Positions 34,950-46,008 of a stretch of 64,000 nucleotides of DNA are shown here, piece after piece (position 1 is the stretch's first letter; each line of letters begins with the position of its first letter). Where the stretch lies: the IMG/VR virus record IMGVR_UViG_2917791510_000001, positions 1-64,000 of that record, one strand, 5' to 3'. Both the position numbers and the translations under genes were made by a program. Source of the DNA: a virus. Its lineage: Duplodnaviria; Caudoviricetes. The notes below the pieces were generated by a model. It made no database searches and was not told the origin of the DNA. It was given only the letters and a program-made list of their open reading frames with translations.

Positions 34950-35494
34950 TGGTGAACCCGGGACCCACGGAGCCCTACCAGCCGAAGCCCGGGGACATCG
35001 GGCTCACGCGGATCAGCGGCTGGGGCGGCCGGGCGATCCGGGCCGGGCAATGGGCGCTCGGAGACGGGTTCGCCGACTTCGAGCACGCCTACGTCGTGAC
35101 CGGGGTGGACGCCGACGGCACGGTGTGGATCGTGGAGGCGATGCCCGGCGGGGCGCAGCACGTCCGCCAGTGGCACACGGTCAACCGGTTCCTGGCCTGC
35201 CCCGACGAGTACCGGGCCGGTGTGGCGGCCACGGCCCTCAAGCAGGCGGAGCGCAAGGTCCCGTACTCCGGTCTGGACTACGGGGCTCTCGCGCTGCACC
35301 GGTTCCACATCCCGGCGCCAGGCCTGCGGACGTACATCGAGTCAAGCGGGCACCAAATCTGCTCCCAGCTCGCCGACTACTGCGCGGCCAAGGGCGGCTG
35401 GCATCTGTTCGCCGACAACCGTTGGCCAGGGTTTGTCACGCCGGGCGCGCTCAACCGGTTGTGGTCGACCCTGCCGGAAGGAGCACGAGCGTGA
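34949..35494 (+). CDS. Permuted papain-like NlpC/P60 amidase/peptidase
   Basis: PGDIGL, HAYVV, IVEA, PYS, ICSQLADY (His before Cys). Confidence 0.7.
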   Translation: MVNPGPTEPYQPKPGDIGLTRISGWGGRAIRAGQWALGDGFADFEHAYVVTGVDADGTVWIVEAMPGGAQHVRQWHTVNRFLACPDEYRAGVAATALKQAERKVPYSGLDYGALALHRFHIPAPGLRTYIESSGHQICSQLADYCAAKGGWHLFADNRWPGFVTPGALNRLWSTLPEGARA

Positions 35495-35760
35495 GCGACG
35501 TACGCGATCCCGAGCGGGACCAGCCGCTGCCAGTGCCGGGCCGTCTGCCGGTGCAGGCGATCCTCGTTGCGGCCATCCGGGAGCGAGCCGAGCACGGCCG
35601 CCGCAAGTACGGCACGGTGCTCCAGACCGACAACGGGCGGGACGCGTTGACGGACGCCTGGGAGGAGGCCCTGGACCTGGTCACCTACCTGACGCAGATG
35701 CGGCTGGAGCGCGGTGACCGGCTTCCCGGGACGGACGCGCCGTCGGAGAACAATCGTTAA
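35491..35760 (+). CDS. All-alpha NTP-pyrophosphohydrolase-like (MazG-like) protein
   Basis: R...G..KYG..L...NGRD..DAWEEALDLVTYL pattern; GTGA overlap. Confidence 0.55.
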   Translation: MSDVRDPERDQPLPVPGRLPVQAILVAAIRERAEHGRRKYGTVLQTDNGRDALTDAWEEALDLVTYLTQMRLERGDRLPGTDAPSENNR

Positions 35761-35780
35761 CCGGATCGGGAGGTTAAGCC

Positions 35781-36416
35781 GTGCCCAGAGGAGATCCTCC
35801 GAGCCGTCAGCCCAGCCACCGGGCGCACGTGGCGAAGCGCCGGTCCCGTGCGGTGGAGCTGAAAAACAAGGGATTGAGCTGGCAGCAGGTCGCCGAACAG
35901 ATGGTCTCGGAGTACCCGGAGTATCTGGACGGGGAGGGCAGCGTGTCGGCCGCTTTCGCCTGCGTGGACGTCACGCGTGCGCTGAAGGAGGCCAACAAGG
36001 AACTGGCCATGGGCCTGGAGGAGTACCGCGAGGCCGCACGCATGCGGCTGGACGGGCTGCGCCGCCAGGTCTTCGCCGTCCTCGCCCGGCCGCACTACGT
36101 GCTGCACCAGGGCCAGTTCGTCATCGACGAGGACGGCAACAAGGTCCGCGACGACGGCCCGGTCCTGGCGGCCGTGGACCGGCTGCTCCGGATCGAGGAA
36201 CGCCAGGCGAAGATCGACGGCACGGACGCGTCGGAGAAGTTGACCATCGCGCTGGACCGCCGGGTCGACGAGGAAACCACGGTGGTCGTGGAGTCCATCC
36301 TGGCCGGCGCCAACGCAGTTGATTTGGAGCCTGCGCAAAGGCAGCGGATGCTCGAGGCCGCCGGCGCCCACCTGCGCACGCTGGAAGGCGAAGTAGTCAG
36401 CGAGACGGAGGAGTGA
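35781..36416 (+). CDS. Terminase small subunit-like protein
   Basis: N-terminal HTH (RAVELKNKGLSWQQVA), AVDRLLRIEERQAKIDG. Confidence 0.65.
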   Translation: MPRGDPPSRQPSHRAHVAKRRSRAVELKNKGLSWQQVAEQMVSEYPEYLDGEGSVSAAFACVDVTRALKEANKELAMGLEEYREAARMRLDGLRRQVFAVLARPHYVLHQGQFVIDEDGNKVRDDGPVLAAVDRLLRIEERQAKIDGTDASEKLTIALDRRVDEETTVVVESILAGANAVDLEPAQRQRMLEAAGAHLRTLEGEVVSETEE

Positions 36417-36643
36417 TGGTCCCGCAGCACATCGCAGACCCTTCCCGGGGCGCAGCGGAGTCCGAGATCAACGCCGGGATGGAGCGGGACGGCCTGGGGT
36501 TCCGTGTGTGCATGCACCCGGACCGGACGATCAGAGTGTGCGAGGAAGGGCTGGTCATCGAATGCGACTACTGCCCGGCGGCGCGGACAGTCGATCCGGG
36601 GCTGCGGACGGAACTGCCCACCTGGCTCTGGCGGACGACGTGA
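36413..36643 (+). CDS. Hypothetical Cys-containing protein
   Basis: GTGA/TGATG coupling. Confidence 0.5.
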   Translation: MMVPQHIADPSRGAAESEINAGMERDGLGFRVCMHPDRTIRVCEEGLVIECDYCPAARTVDPGLRTELPTWLWRTT

Positions 36644-36957
36644 GCGGGACGCGGCTCATCACCGTCACCGGCGGAAAGGTGCAGCTCCAGACGTGCGGGC
36701 TGTACGCGGGGCACAGGGTGCCGATCCTCAATGCGCACCACATCTGCCCGGAGTCGTGGTGGCTGGCGGCGGGCAAGCCGGTGGCCACCCCGTTCAAGAG
36801 CCTGTGCCCCAACTGCCATGAATCGGTGCATACGGCGATCGATGGCATTCTCGACGGCTGGGACGTCACGTCCCTGCCGCCCCGGTGCGTGGTCCTGGCC
36901 CGCCAGGCGTTCACCATCGCCGCCGACTTCGGCCTGACCCCGGCACCGACGCTTTGA
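36640..36957 (+). CDS. HNH endonuclease
   Basis: NAHHICP..LCPNCHESVH; GTGA overlap. Confidence 0.7.
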   Translation: MSGTRLITVTGGKVQLQTCGLYAGHRVPILNAHHICPESWWLAAGKPVATPFKSLCPNCHESVHTAIDGILDGWDVTSLPPRCVVLARQAFTIAADFGLTPAPTL

Positions 36958-36970
36958 AGGGACACCGTCC

Positions 36971-37828
36971 ATGACTGTCACTGTCCACCGCTACCAGCCG
37001 ACCGACCCGCGCCTGGGACGTCACGTCCGGCACGACTCCCGGTCGGCCAGGCTGCAATACGCCGTCGGTGTCCTGCCCAAGACGGCGATCAAGTCCGTCG
37101 TCTGGAACCGGCACATACCGATCCTCGATCAGGGGCCGGTCGGCAGTTGCGTGCCCAACACGGGCGTGGAACTGCTCGCCACGGACGCCACCGGATATAC
37201 CGGCGTCGACCACGTGATGATCCCCAAGGCGGACACGCAGGGGGAGTTCATAGCCGGTTCCATCTGGGACCTGGACGAGGGCTGCGCGCAGAACCTGTAC
37301 CGCCTGGTCACACGCATCGACGGTTTCCCCGGATCATGGGAGCCGGACGACACCGGCAGCGACGGCCTCACCCTGGCCAAGGCCCTCGTCATGCTCGGCC
37401 TGTCCGACGTCTACAAGCACGCGTTCAGCTACAACGCGGCCGTGAGCGCGCTCCAGAAGGGCCCGGTCGCCTTCGGAACCGTCTGGTACAACTCGATGTT
37501 CACGCCCAAGCCGGACGGCGAGATCGTCGTGGACCCGACGTCCGGCGTGGCCGGCGGGCACGAGTACATGTCCCGTCAGTTCGACGCCGACAACGACCGG
37601 GTGTGGATAGACAACCACTGGAACGAGTCCTGGGGTCAGAACGGCCGGGCGTGGATCAGCGGCAAGGGCATGACCACACTGTTGAAGGCTCAGGGCGATG
37701 TGACGGTGCCGCACCTGGTCAACATCGCCGACCCGGGCCCGACTCCGCCGGCGCCTCCGGCCGTGGTCTCGGACCAGGATCACTGGGCCAACACCAAGGC
37801 GTGGGCGGCGGCCAAGGGCTTCAACTGA
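36971..37828 (+). CDS. Papain-like C1 cysteine peptidase
   Basis: LDQGPVGSC (Gln, Cys), GGHE (His), DNHW..SWG (Asn). Confidence 0.8.
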   Translation: MTVTVHRYQPTDPRLGRHVRHDSRSARLQYAVGVLPKTAIKSVVWNRHIPILDQGPVGSCVPNTGVELLATDATGYTGVDHVMIPKADTQGEFIAGSIWDLDEGCAQNLYRLVTRIDGFPGSWEPDDTGSDGLTLAKALVMLGLSDVYKHAFSYNAAVSALQKGPVAFGTVWYNSMFTPKPDGEIVVDPTSGVAGGHEYMSRQFDADNDRVWIDNHWNESWGQNGRAWISGKGMTTLLKAQGDVTVPHLVNIADPGPTPPAPPAVVSDQDHWANTKAWAAAKGFN

Positions 37829-37885
37829 CCGTCGGGGCGTAGCAGGGCGGCCGTGCGGGTACACGGTCTGCGGGAGGTGGAACCC

Positions 37886-37957
37886 ATGGACTTGGGTACC
37901 GTCCTAGTCTTGGTCCTGATCGTCATCCTGATCGTGGTCCTTGTGCGCCGGGTCTGA
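37886..37957 (+). CDS. 23-aa single-TM micropeptide (MDLGTVLVLVLIVILIVVLVRRV)
   Basis: Strong SD GGAGGTG; not in the ORF track. Confidence 0.6.
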   Translation: MDLGTVLVLVLIVILIVVLVRRV

Positions 37958-38094
37958 CCTGCCGCCACCGCCTCACCACCTGGAACCGCCCGGCGCCGCA
38001 CCGGGCGGTTTCTGCGTTTTCCGGGCCGTTCGGCGATTTCCGGCTCCGTGGCTACCATCCGGCCATCGATCACAGACCAAGGAATGGGGTAGCC

Positions 38095-39141
38095 ATGCGC
38101 GTTCTGCTCACCGGGGCCTCGGGGTTCGTCGGGAGTCATGTCCTGCGCCACCTGCTGGCGAACGACGACTGCGAGATCGTCTGCCCTGTGTCGTTCCGGC
38201 ACAAGGGCCTGCCCGCCCGCATCGCCTCGGCCGTCTGCGAGACGGAGTGGCAGCACCGGGTCCACATCGTCCACTGGGACATGCGCGCGCCCGCCGACCC
38301 GCTGACCCTGCACGAGTTCGAGGGCTGCGACGTCATCATGAACGTCGCCTCCGAGTCGCACGTGGACCGGTCGATATCCCACCCCGCCGAGTTCGTGCAG
38401 AACAACGTCGCCCTGATGCTCAACGTGCTGGAGGTCGCGCGGGCCATCAGCCCCCGGCTGTTGCTCCAGATGTCCACGGACGAGGTGTACGGCCCGGCGT
38501 ACGGCGACCACCGGCACGCGGAGTGGGAGACGGTCATCCCGTCCAATCCGTACAGCGCGTCCAAGGCGGCGCAGGAGGCCATCGCGGTCAGCTACTGGCG
38601 AACTTTTGGCGTGCCCCTGGTCCTCACCAACACGATGAACATCATCGGTGAGATGCAGGACGGCGAAAAGTTCTTGCCGATGATCGTACGCAGCCTGCGC
38701 GACGGACTGCCGGTCACCGTGCACACCGCGCCGGACGAGACGCCGGGCTCGAGGTTCTACCTCCACGCGCGCAACCTCGCGGACGCGTGGCTGTACCTCA
38801 CCCGGAGGTACACCGACCCGTCGGGGCCGACCCCTTGGCCATCGTCATACGCGAACGGAGCGACCCGCCCCGACCGGTTCCACATCGTCGGCGAGCGCGA
38901 GGTCGACAACATCGAGATGGTGCACCTGGTCGGCTCGGTGATGGGCCTGGACGAGACCGCCGTGAGCAGCCTGATCCGGCCCGTCAGCTTCCACTCCAGC
39001 CGGCCGGGCCACGATCTGCGCTACGCACTGGACGGAACGAAGCTCGCGAACCTCGGCTGGACGGCCCCAGTGCCGCTGGAGAAGAGCCTCGAGCGCACCG
39101 TGCGCTGGACGCTCGACAACCCGAAGTGGCTCGCGCTGTGA
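38095..39141 (+). CDS. rmlB: dTDP-glucose 4,6-dehydratase-like protein
   Basis: TGASGFVG, ASESHVDRS, STDEVYG, PYSASK, RPGHDLRY. Confidence 0.9.
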   Translation: MRVLLTGASGFVGSHVLRHLLANDDCEIVCPVSFRHKGLPARIASAVCETEWQHRVHIVHWDMRAPADPLTLHEFEGCDVIMNVASESHVDRSISHPAEFVQNNVALMLNVLEVARAISPRLLLQMSTDEVYGPAYGDHRHAEWETVIPSNPYSASKAAQEAIAVSYWRTFGVPLVLTNTMNIIGEMQDGEKFLPMIVRSLRDGLPVTVHTAPDETPGSRFYLHARNLADAWLYLTRRYTDPSGPTPWPSSYANGATRPDRFHIVGEREVDNIEMVHLVGSVMGLDETAVSSLIRPVSFHSSRPGHDLRYALDGTKLANLGWTAPVPLEKSLERTVRWTLDNPKWLAL

Positions 39142-39362
39142 GCGGGCCGCAGCAGCCGTCCAAGGCTGAACTGGAACGCATGCGGCACGAGCTGTCGAAC
39201 GCCCTGCTCATCATGGCGGAGCAGACGGCGCCGGTCTTCGATGCCGCCGACGGGATACGGGCGGACCTGGAGAAGCGCGGCTGGTCCCCGACGGCGGCCG
39301 AACAGGTCGCGCTCACCTGGCTGCTGGGCGCCATGGGTTCGATTGCCAGTGGTGCGAGGTGA
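39138..39362 (+). CDS. Hypothetical protein (GWSPTAAEQ)
   Basis: GTGA overlap. Confidence 0.6.
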   Translation: MSGPQQPSKAELERMRHELSNALLIMAEQTAPVFDAADGIRADLEKRGWSPTAAEQVALTWLLGAMGSIASGAR

Positions 39363-39574
39363 GGCACGCATGCGAGTGGTGCGGGGTGACGCGGTCGTCA
39401 CGCTCGAGACTGCGCCTGTGCTTCATCCGCACGGTGGTCTGCCGCATGTGCCGGGACTGCCACCGCAGTCTGCACCGGAAGGGCCCCCACCGACTGCCGC
39501 ACTGGCCGCGCTGGTTCCGGGACGGCGAACAGGAGCGATGGTTTAACAAAACCATCTATGGGGGATTTAACTAA
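39359..39574 (+). CDS. Small CxxC protein
   Basis: GTGA overlap; CEWC..CRMCRDCH. Confidence 0.45.
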   Translation: MRHACEWCGVTRSSRSRLRLCFIRTVVCRMCRDCHRSLHRKGPHRLPHWPRWFRDGEQERWFNKTIYGGFN

Positions 39575-39686
39575 ATGAGAGTGTCCCGGCTGCACCGGTG
39601 GAACTGACCTGGGCGACGCCGGCCGACAAGGGCCCCGGGTCAGTCCACGTGACCCGGGGCCCACCCAATCTACGGGAGGTGTACCC

Positions 39687-41756
<2,070 letters not shown>

Positions 41757-41833
41757 CCTGGACACCGGAGCCTGCATCTCATCCCCGTGGTGCGGGCTCC
41801 GCCGTCTCCAGGAAGACCAAGGAACCGAGGACC

Positions 41834-42310
41834 ATGCCACAAACCACGATGGATGAGCTGGTGCGGTGGCTGCGCGCCCAGCTCGACGAGGACGAGCGGA
41901 TCGCGAAGGCGGCGAGCGGCAGTACGGTCTTCGGCGAGCCCGGCAGTTGGAAGGCGAAACCCGAGACCTACGGTCCCCGGGTCACAGTCGGCCCCGGCGA
42001 GAACGACTATTGGGACCGCGAGGCTAATCCGCAGGTCTGGCGGTGCGATGATCCCCAGGACGACTGCGGCGAAGTCAGCGCAGGGATGATGGCCGAAGGC
42101 GACCACATCGCCGAGCATGATCCGGCTCGGGTGCTGCGCGAGATCGGCGCAAAGCGGCAAGCCCTCGACCACTATGCCGAGTTCCGTAGGCTCGCGACGG
42201 GCGGCGAGCGGGCATACCGTCTTGCGGTCGGGGCTGTTGCCATGCAGATTCAGATCATGGCGCTGCCCTACGCCGACCGGCCCGGCTATCAGGAGACGTG
42301 GCGCCCGTAG
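41834..42310 (+). CDS. DUF6221-like phage protein
   Basis: WLRAQLDEDE, HDPARVLREI.AKR, ALPYADRPGY..WRP. Confidence 0.75.
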   Translation: MPQTTMDELVRWLRAQLDEDERIAKAASGSTVFGEPGSWKAKPETYGPRVTVGPGENDYWDREANPQVWRCDDPQDDCGEVSAGMMAEGDHIAEHDPARVLREIGAKRQALDHYAEFRRLATGGERAYRLAVGAVAMQIQIMALPYADRPGYQETWRP

Positions 42311-42357
42311 CCCCTGCTCCGGAAAGCCGGGGCCGCGAGGCGCCGCACAATGGCGGG

Positions 42358-44559
42358 ATGGTGGACGCGAGGCTGAGGAGCAGGGCGGCCGACAAGCTGC
42401 TGATGCACGCGCGGCTGGTCACCGAGCCGCGCTGGACGCCGCTGCCCCACCAGGTCCCGCCGGAGCCCGGGTTCTACGGCTGGCTGCTCATGGCCGGCCG
42501 TGGCGCCGGGAAGACGGACGCCTGCGCGAGGTACGTCCACGAGCACGTCATGGGGCCGCCGTGCCTGCCCGGCCCGATCCCGCACTGGGTGGGCATCATC
42601 GCTCCGACCCTCGGCGACGCGGCCACGTCCTGCTATGCCGGTCCGTCCGGCCTCCGCGTGCACAGCCCTGAGGCAAAGATGACGACCGTGCAGGGCGGAA
42701 CCGTCATCCGCTGGCCCAACGGCTCCGAGGCCAAGCTGTTCGGCGCGCACTCACCCGAGGACGTGGAACGCCTGCGGTCCGGTGGTAACCGTTGTGCGGC
42801 TGAGGGCACGCTGGTTCGGACTGAGCACGGCGAACGGCCCATTGAGACGATCCGTCCGGGGGACAGGGTGTGGACGCGCAACGGCCTGCGCGAGGTGTTG
42901 CACGTCTGGGACAACGGAGTCAAGGAGGTCCGGCGGTACGACCACGCGGCCGGTTCCACGCAGTTGACCCCGGATCACGAAGTATGGACCGATGAAGGCT
43001 GGATTCCCGTTTCCTCCGTCAAGCCAACGGGAACAGTCTTTACATGGGAAAACACGGAGAATCAGTCAGCTACGACGGCGTCTTATGGCACCCGCGCGAA
43101 GACGGTTATTACCAGAACAAGCACCGTGGCCTGCTGCACCGGCACATGTACACCCGCGAGGTCGGACCGATACCCAACGGGATGCAGGTGCACCACAAGA
43201 ACCACGTCAAGACTGACAACCGGGTCAGCAACTTCGTGCTGTTGCGGCCAGGGGAGCACTGGCAGGAGCACCACGGCGAGCGTGGCGAGGACTGGCACGC
43301 CAAGGGCGGCCGAGCGTCCTGGAAGGACGTCGCAGTCCGAGACTTCACCTGCCAGCGGTGTGGCGAACCCTTCCAGTCCCGCAGCCACCATGGCGTGGTC
43401 CGGTACTGCTCCAATGCCTGCCGTGACTATGGCTCACGACCACGGGAAGAACGGGTGTGCCGCGTGTGCGGCAACACGTTCAAGTGCGCGGTTCGTTCCA
43501 CGTCCAGCACCTGTTCGCGCAAGTGCACTGCGGACTACGTCGCACAGATCAAGCGTTCGCGTGTACGACCTGACGGTGGAGCATGACCACGAGTTCTTCG
43601 CGGACGGCCTGCTCGTCTCCAACTGTGTGAGCTGGTTGGAGGAGCTAGCAGCGTGGCGCTATCTCGATGACACGTGGGATCAGATCCGGTTCGGTCTGCG
43701 CTCCGGGCCGCGCCCGCACTGGGTCGCGTCGACCACGCCGAAGCCCCGGGCTCTGATCAAGAAACTGTCTGCCGGCGGTGTGGACAACGTGGTCATCACC
43801 CGGGCGACGACGTATGACAACCCGCACCTGCCCGAGGACATCCGCGAGGCGCTCGAGGATGCCTACGGCGGGACGCAGATCGGCCGGCAGGAGCTGTACG
43901 CCGAGGTCATCGACCAGGACGAGAACGCCCTGTGGAGCCGGGGAATCATCGACGCGGGCCGGCTGCGCCCGGACGAAGTGCCGCCGCTGGCGCGCAAGTC
44001 CGTCGGCGTGGACCCGTCGGGCGGCCGGGGCGAGCAGGGCATCGTCGTGGTGGGCAAGGCGATGGTGGAGCACCTGCGCACGGTCAACGGACGGGAACGC
44101 ACGGTGCAGCTCGCCCACGGCTACGTCCTCGCCGACCGCACGTGCCATCTCTCCCCGGACGGCTGGGGGCGGCGCGCCGTGCAGGCGGCCGTCGACTACG
44201 AGGCTGACGACATCTGCGTGGAGACCAACTTCGGCGGGGACATGGCGCTGAACACGATCCGCTCGGCGGCCGACTCGATGGGGATCAGCATCCCGATCAA
44301 GAAGGTCACGGCCACTCGGGGGAAGAAGGTCCGCGCGGAGCCGGTAAGCGCCCTGACCGAGCAGGGCCGCTGGCACATGGTCGGCACCTTCCCTGAGCTG
44401 GAGGACCAGATGTGCGAGTGGTACGACGAACTCGACTGGTCGCCCGACCGTTTGGACGCGATGGTGTGGCCGGCCTGGCACCTGCGGATCGTGAAGGCGG
44501 CGATGACCGGGAACACCACGGCGGGCGGGCTCGCGGCAGCGGGCCGTCAGATCGGGTGA
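42358..44559 (+). CDS. terL: Terminase large subunit with intein
   Basis: AGRGAGKT, WLEE Walker B, STTPK, TYDNPHL, VGVDPS, ETNFGG, PDRLDA. Confidence 0.93.
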   Translation: MVDARLRSRAADKLLMHARLVTEPRWTPLPHQVPPEPGFYGWLLMAGRGAGKTDACARYVHEHVMGPPCLPGPIPHWVGIIAPTLGDAATSCYAGPSGLRVHSPEAKMTTVQGGTVIRWPNGSEAKLFGAHSPEDVERLRSGGNRCAAEGTLVRTEHGERPIETIRPGDRVWTRNGLREVLHVWDNGVKEVRRYDHAAGSTQLTPDHEVWTDEGWIPVSSVKPTGTVFTWENTENQSATTASYGTRAKTVITRTSTVACCTGTCTPARSDRYPTGCRCTTRTTSRLTTGSATSCCCGQGSTGRSTTASVARTGTPRAAERPGRTSQSETSPASGVANPSSPAATMAWSGTAPMPAVTMAHDHGKNGCAACAATRSSARFVPRPAPVRASALRTTSHRSSVRVYDLTVEHDHEFFADGLLVSNCVSWLEELAAWRYLDDTWDQIRFGLRSGPRPHWVASTTPKPRALIKKLSAGGVDNVVITRATTYDNPHLPEDIREALEDAYGGTQIGRQELYAEVIDQDENALWSRGIIDAGRLRPDEVPPLARKSVGVDPSGGRGEQGIVVVGKAMVEHLRTVNGRERTVQLAHGYVLADRTCHLSPDGWGRRAVQAAVDYEADDICVETNFGGDMALNTIRSAADSMGISIPIKKVTATRGKKVRAEPVSALTEQGRWHMVGTFPELEDQMCEWYDELDWSPDRLDAMVWPAWHLRIVKAAMTGNTTAGGLAAAGRQIG
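42793..43623 (+). mobile_element. Intein (277 aa) in TerL
   Basis: C1 (CAAEGTLV), block B LTPDHEVW, block F VYDLTVEHDHEFFADG, terminal VSN followed by C+1. Confidence 0.9.
43044..43586 (+). CDS. HNH homing endonuclease with Zn-finger repeats, encoded in an alternative frame inside the TerL intein
   Basis: LHRHMY...GPIP.GMQVHHKN..KTDNRVSN; CQRCG..F..YCSNAC and CRVCG..F..TCSRKC; frame offset from TerL. Confidence 0.88.
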   Translation: MGKHGESVSYDGVLWHPREDGYYQNKHRGLLHRHMYTREVGPIPNGMQVHHKNHVKTDNRVSNFVLLRPGEHWQEHHGERGEDWHAKGGRASWKDVAVRDFTCQRCGEPFQSRSHHGVVRYCSNACRDYGSRPREERVCRVCGNTFKCAVRSTSSTCSRKCTADYVAQIKRSRVRPDGGA

Positions 44560-44571
44560 GAGGAGCAAGGC

Positions 44572-44823
44572 GTGGACGATCCGCTGCTCACTGCCGTGGC
44601 CGAGGCCCTGCGCGAGCACGGCGTCACCGACCCCCGGGCCGTCATCTCCGCTGCGGATGCAGCGACGCGCGTCCTCGGCCGGGACCGGTGCGTCTGCCGC
44701 CAGGCCGCGCATGTCCAGCACCACGATGTCCCGGTGGAGTGCTGCTCCTGGTGCAAGCCGGGCGCCGCGCCGAAGACGCGGAAGCGCGGGACGACCACCG
44801 TGCCGACGCAGGGCCTGCTCTGA
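44572..44823 (+). CDS. Hypothetical protein
   Basis: SD GAGGAG. Confidence 0.55.
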   Translation: MDDPLLTAVAEALREHGVTDPRAVISAADAATRVLGRDRCVCRQAAHVQHHDVPVECCSWCKPGAAPKTRKRGTTTVPTQGLL

Positions 44824-44885
44824 CGAATCGGCGATTCGGCGAATCCGCCCTACCCTGCCCGGGACGTCCCCATCAGGAGGAACCC

Positions 44886-45257
44886 ATGGGCAAGGTGTTC
44901 GGCCGCGAACCGGCCGTGATCCTGGGCGCGTTCAGCGCTCTCGTACAGATCGTCACCGCGTTCGGTCTCAAGGTGGACCCGCAGACGCAGTCCATCATCA
45001 CGGCCGTGGTCGCCACCGCCCTCGGCCTCTACGTCGCCGTCAAGGTCCACGACGGCCTGTACGCGGGCATCCTCGGCCTCGTCCAGTCGGGCACCGCGCT
45101 GGTGTCGTACTTCTGGCTGCACTGGGACACCGCGACGCAGGGCAAGTTCCTGGCGGCCGTCGCCGTCCTCGTCGGCGTGTGGGTGCGGGACAAGGTCACC
45201 GCGCCGGTCCCCGCCACCGTGTCCCCGGCGGGACGGCTCATCGCGCCCACCGCTTGA
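44886..45257 (+). CDS. Holin-like membrane protein
   Basis: MGKVFGREP, four hydrophobic segments, R..VT.P tail; late-type promoter at 44830; near the endolysin. Confidence 0.7.
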   Translation: MGKVFGREPAVILGAFSALVQIVTAFGLKVDPQTQSIITAVVATALGLYVAVKVHDGLYAGILGLVQSGTALVSYFWLHWDTATQGKFLAAVAVLVGVWVRDKVTAPVPATVSPAGRLIAPTA

Positions 45258-45373
45258 CGCAACCGGGGCACCAGGCGGAACGTCTTCCTCACGGCGGGGC
45301 GTTCGGCCTGGTGGCCACCTCCAATCGTCGCCCGACAGGGCGTCCCGACCACAGACCATGGAGATAAGGAAAC

Positions 45374-45802
45374 GTGCCCGTCTGGCTGCTCATCGCCTGC
45401 ATGGTCCTCGCGAACTACCGCGCCTCGCGATTGATGACCAAGGACGACTTCCCGCCGGTGCTCTGGCTGCGCGACCGCCTCGCCGGCGGCTGGCGCCCGC
45501 TGACCCCCAGGGAAGTGGAGCGGTACCCCGTCTCCGTCACGGACAACGACCTGGCCGTCTCGCACCCCCGGCTCGGCAGCATGATGCGCATCGACGGCCG
45601 GATCAATCGCTACGTGCGCCGCTCCAAGTGGTCCCCGTACTGGCTCGCCGAGCTGGTGTCCTGCCCGTGGTGCGTGTCCGGGTGGCTGGCCGCCGCGCTC
45701 ACCACCGCCGTGGCGTTCACCGTGGGCGTGCCCGCCCCGGTCCTCGTCTGGGGCGCGGTCTGGGGTGCCTCGGCTCTGCTTGCCTCGCGGGAGTGGGCGT
45801 GA
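45374..45802 (+). CDS. DUF1360-like membrane protein
   Basis: YR.SRL.T.D.FPP..WLR; ELVSCPWC.S.W. Confidence 0.7.
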   Translation: MPVWLLIACMVLANYRASRLMTKDDFPPVLWLRDRLAGGWRPLTPREVERYPVSVTDNDLAVSHPRLGSMMRIDGRINRYVRRSKWSPYWLAELVSCPWCVSGWLAAALTTAVAFTVGVPAPVLVWGAVWGASALLASREWA

Positions 45803-46008
45803 CGACCGCCGCTGATCTCCCGCCCCTGCCGCGCCGTCCGATCCCCACGGTCCGCCGCTCCAGCCTCAAGCGGACGATGGAGCGCTACACCAGCCTCCCC
45901 GAGGTGTGGGCCGTAGAACTGGCCCTGTCCGACGGAGAGGTCACCCGCCTGGTCGTGCACTGGGAGACCGGCCGCAAGACCGAACTGACCGTCACGGAGG
46001 ACGCATGA
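45799..46008 (+). CDS. Hypothetical protein
   Basis: GTGA and ATGA couplings. Confidence 0.5.
   Translation: MTTAADLPPLPRRPIPTVRRSSLKRTMERYTSLPEVWAVELALSDGEVTRLVVHWETGRKTELTVTEDA

Noticed and set aside
43040-43056. Programmed -1 frameshift from the intein frame into the HNH at GGGAAAA
   Set aside because: The heptamer is phased as G GGA AAA in the HNH frame, not the TerL frame, so it is not a canonical slippery site for TerL ribosomes. The HNH RBS is weak, so its expression route remains open.
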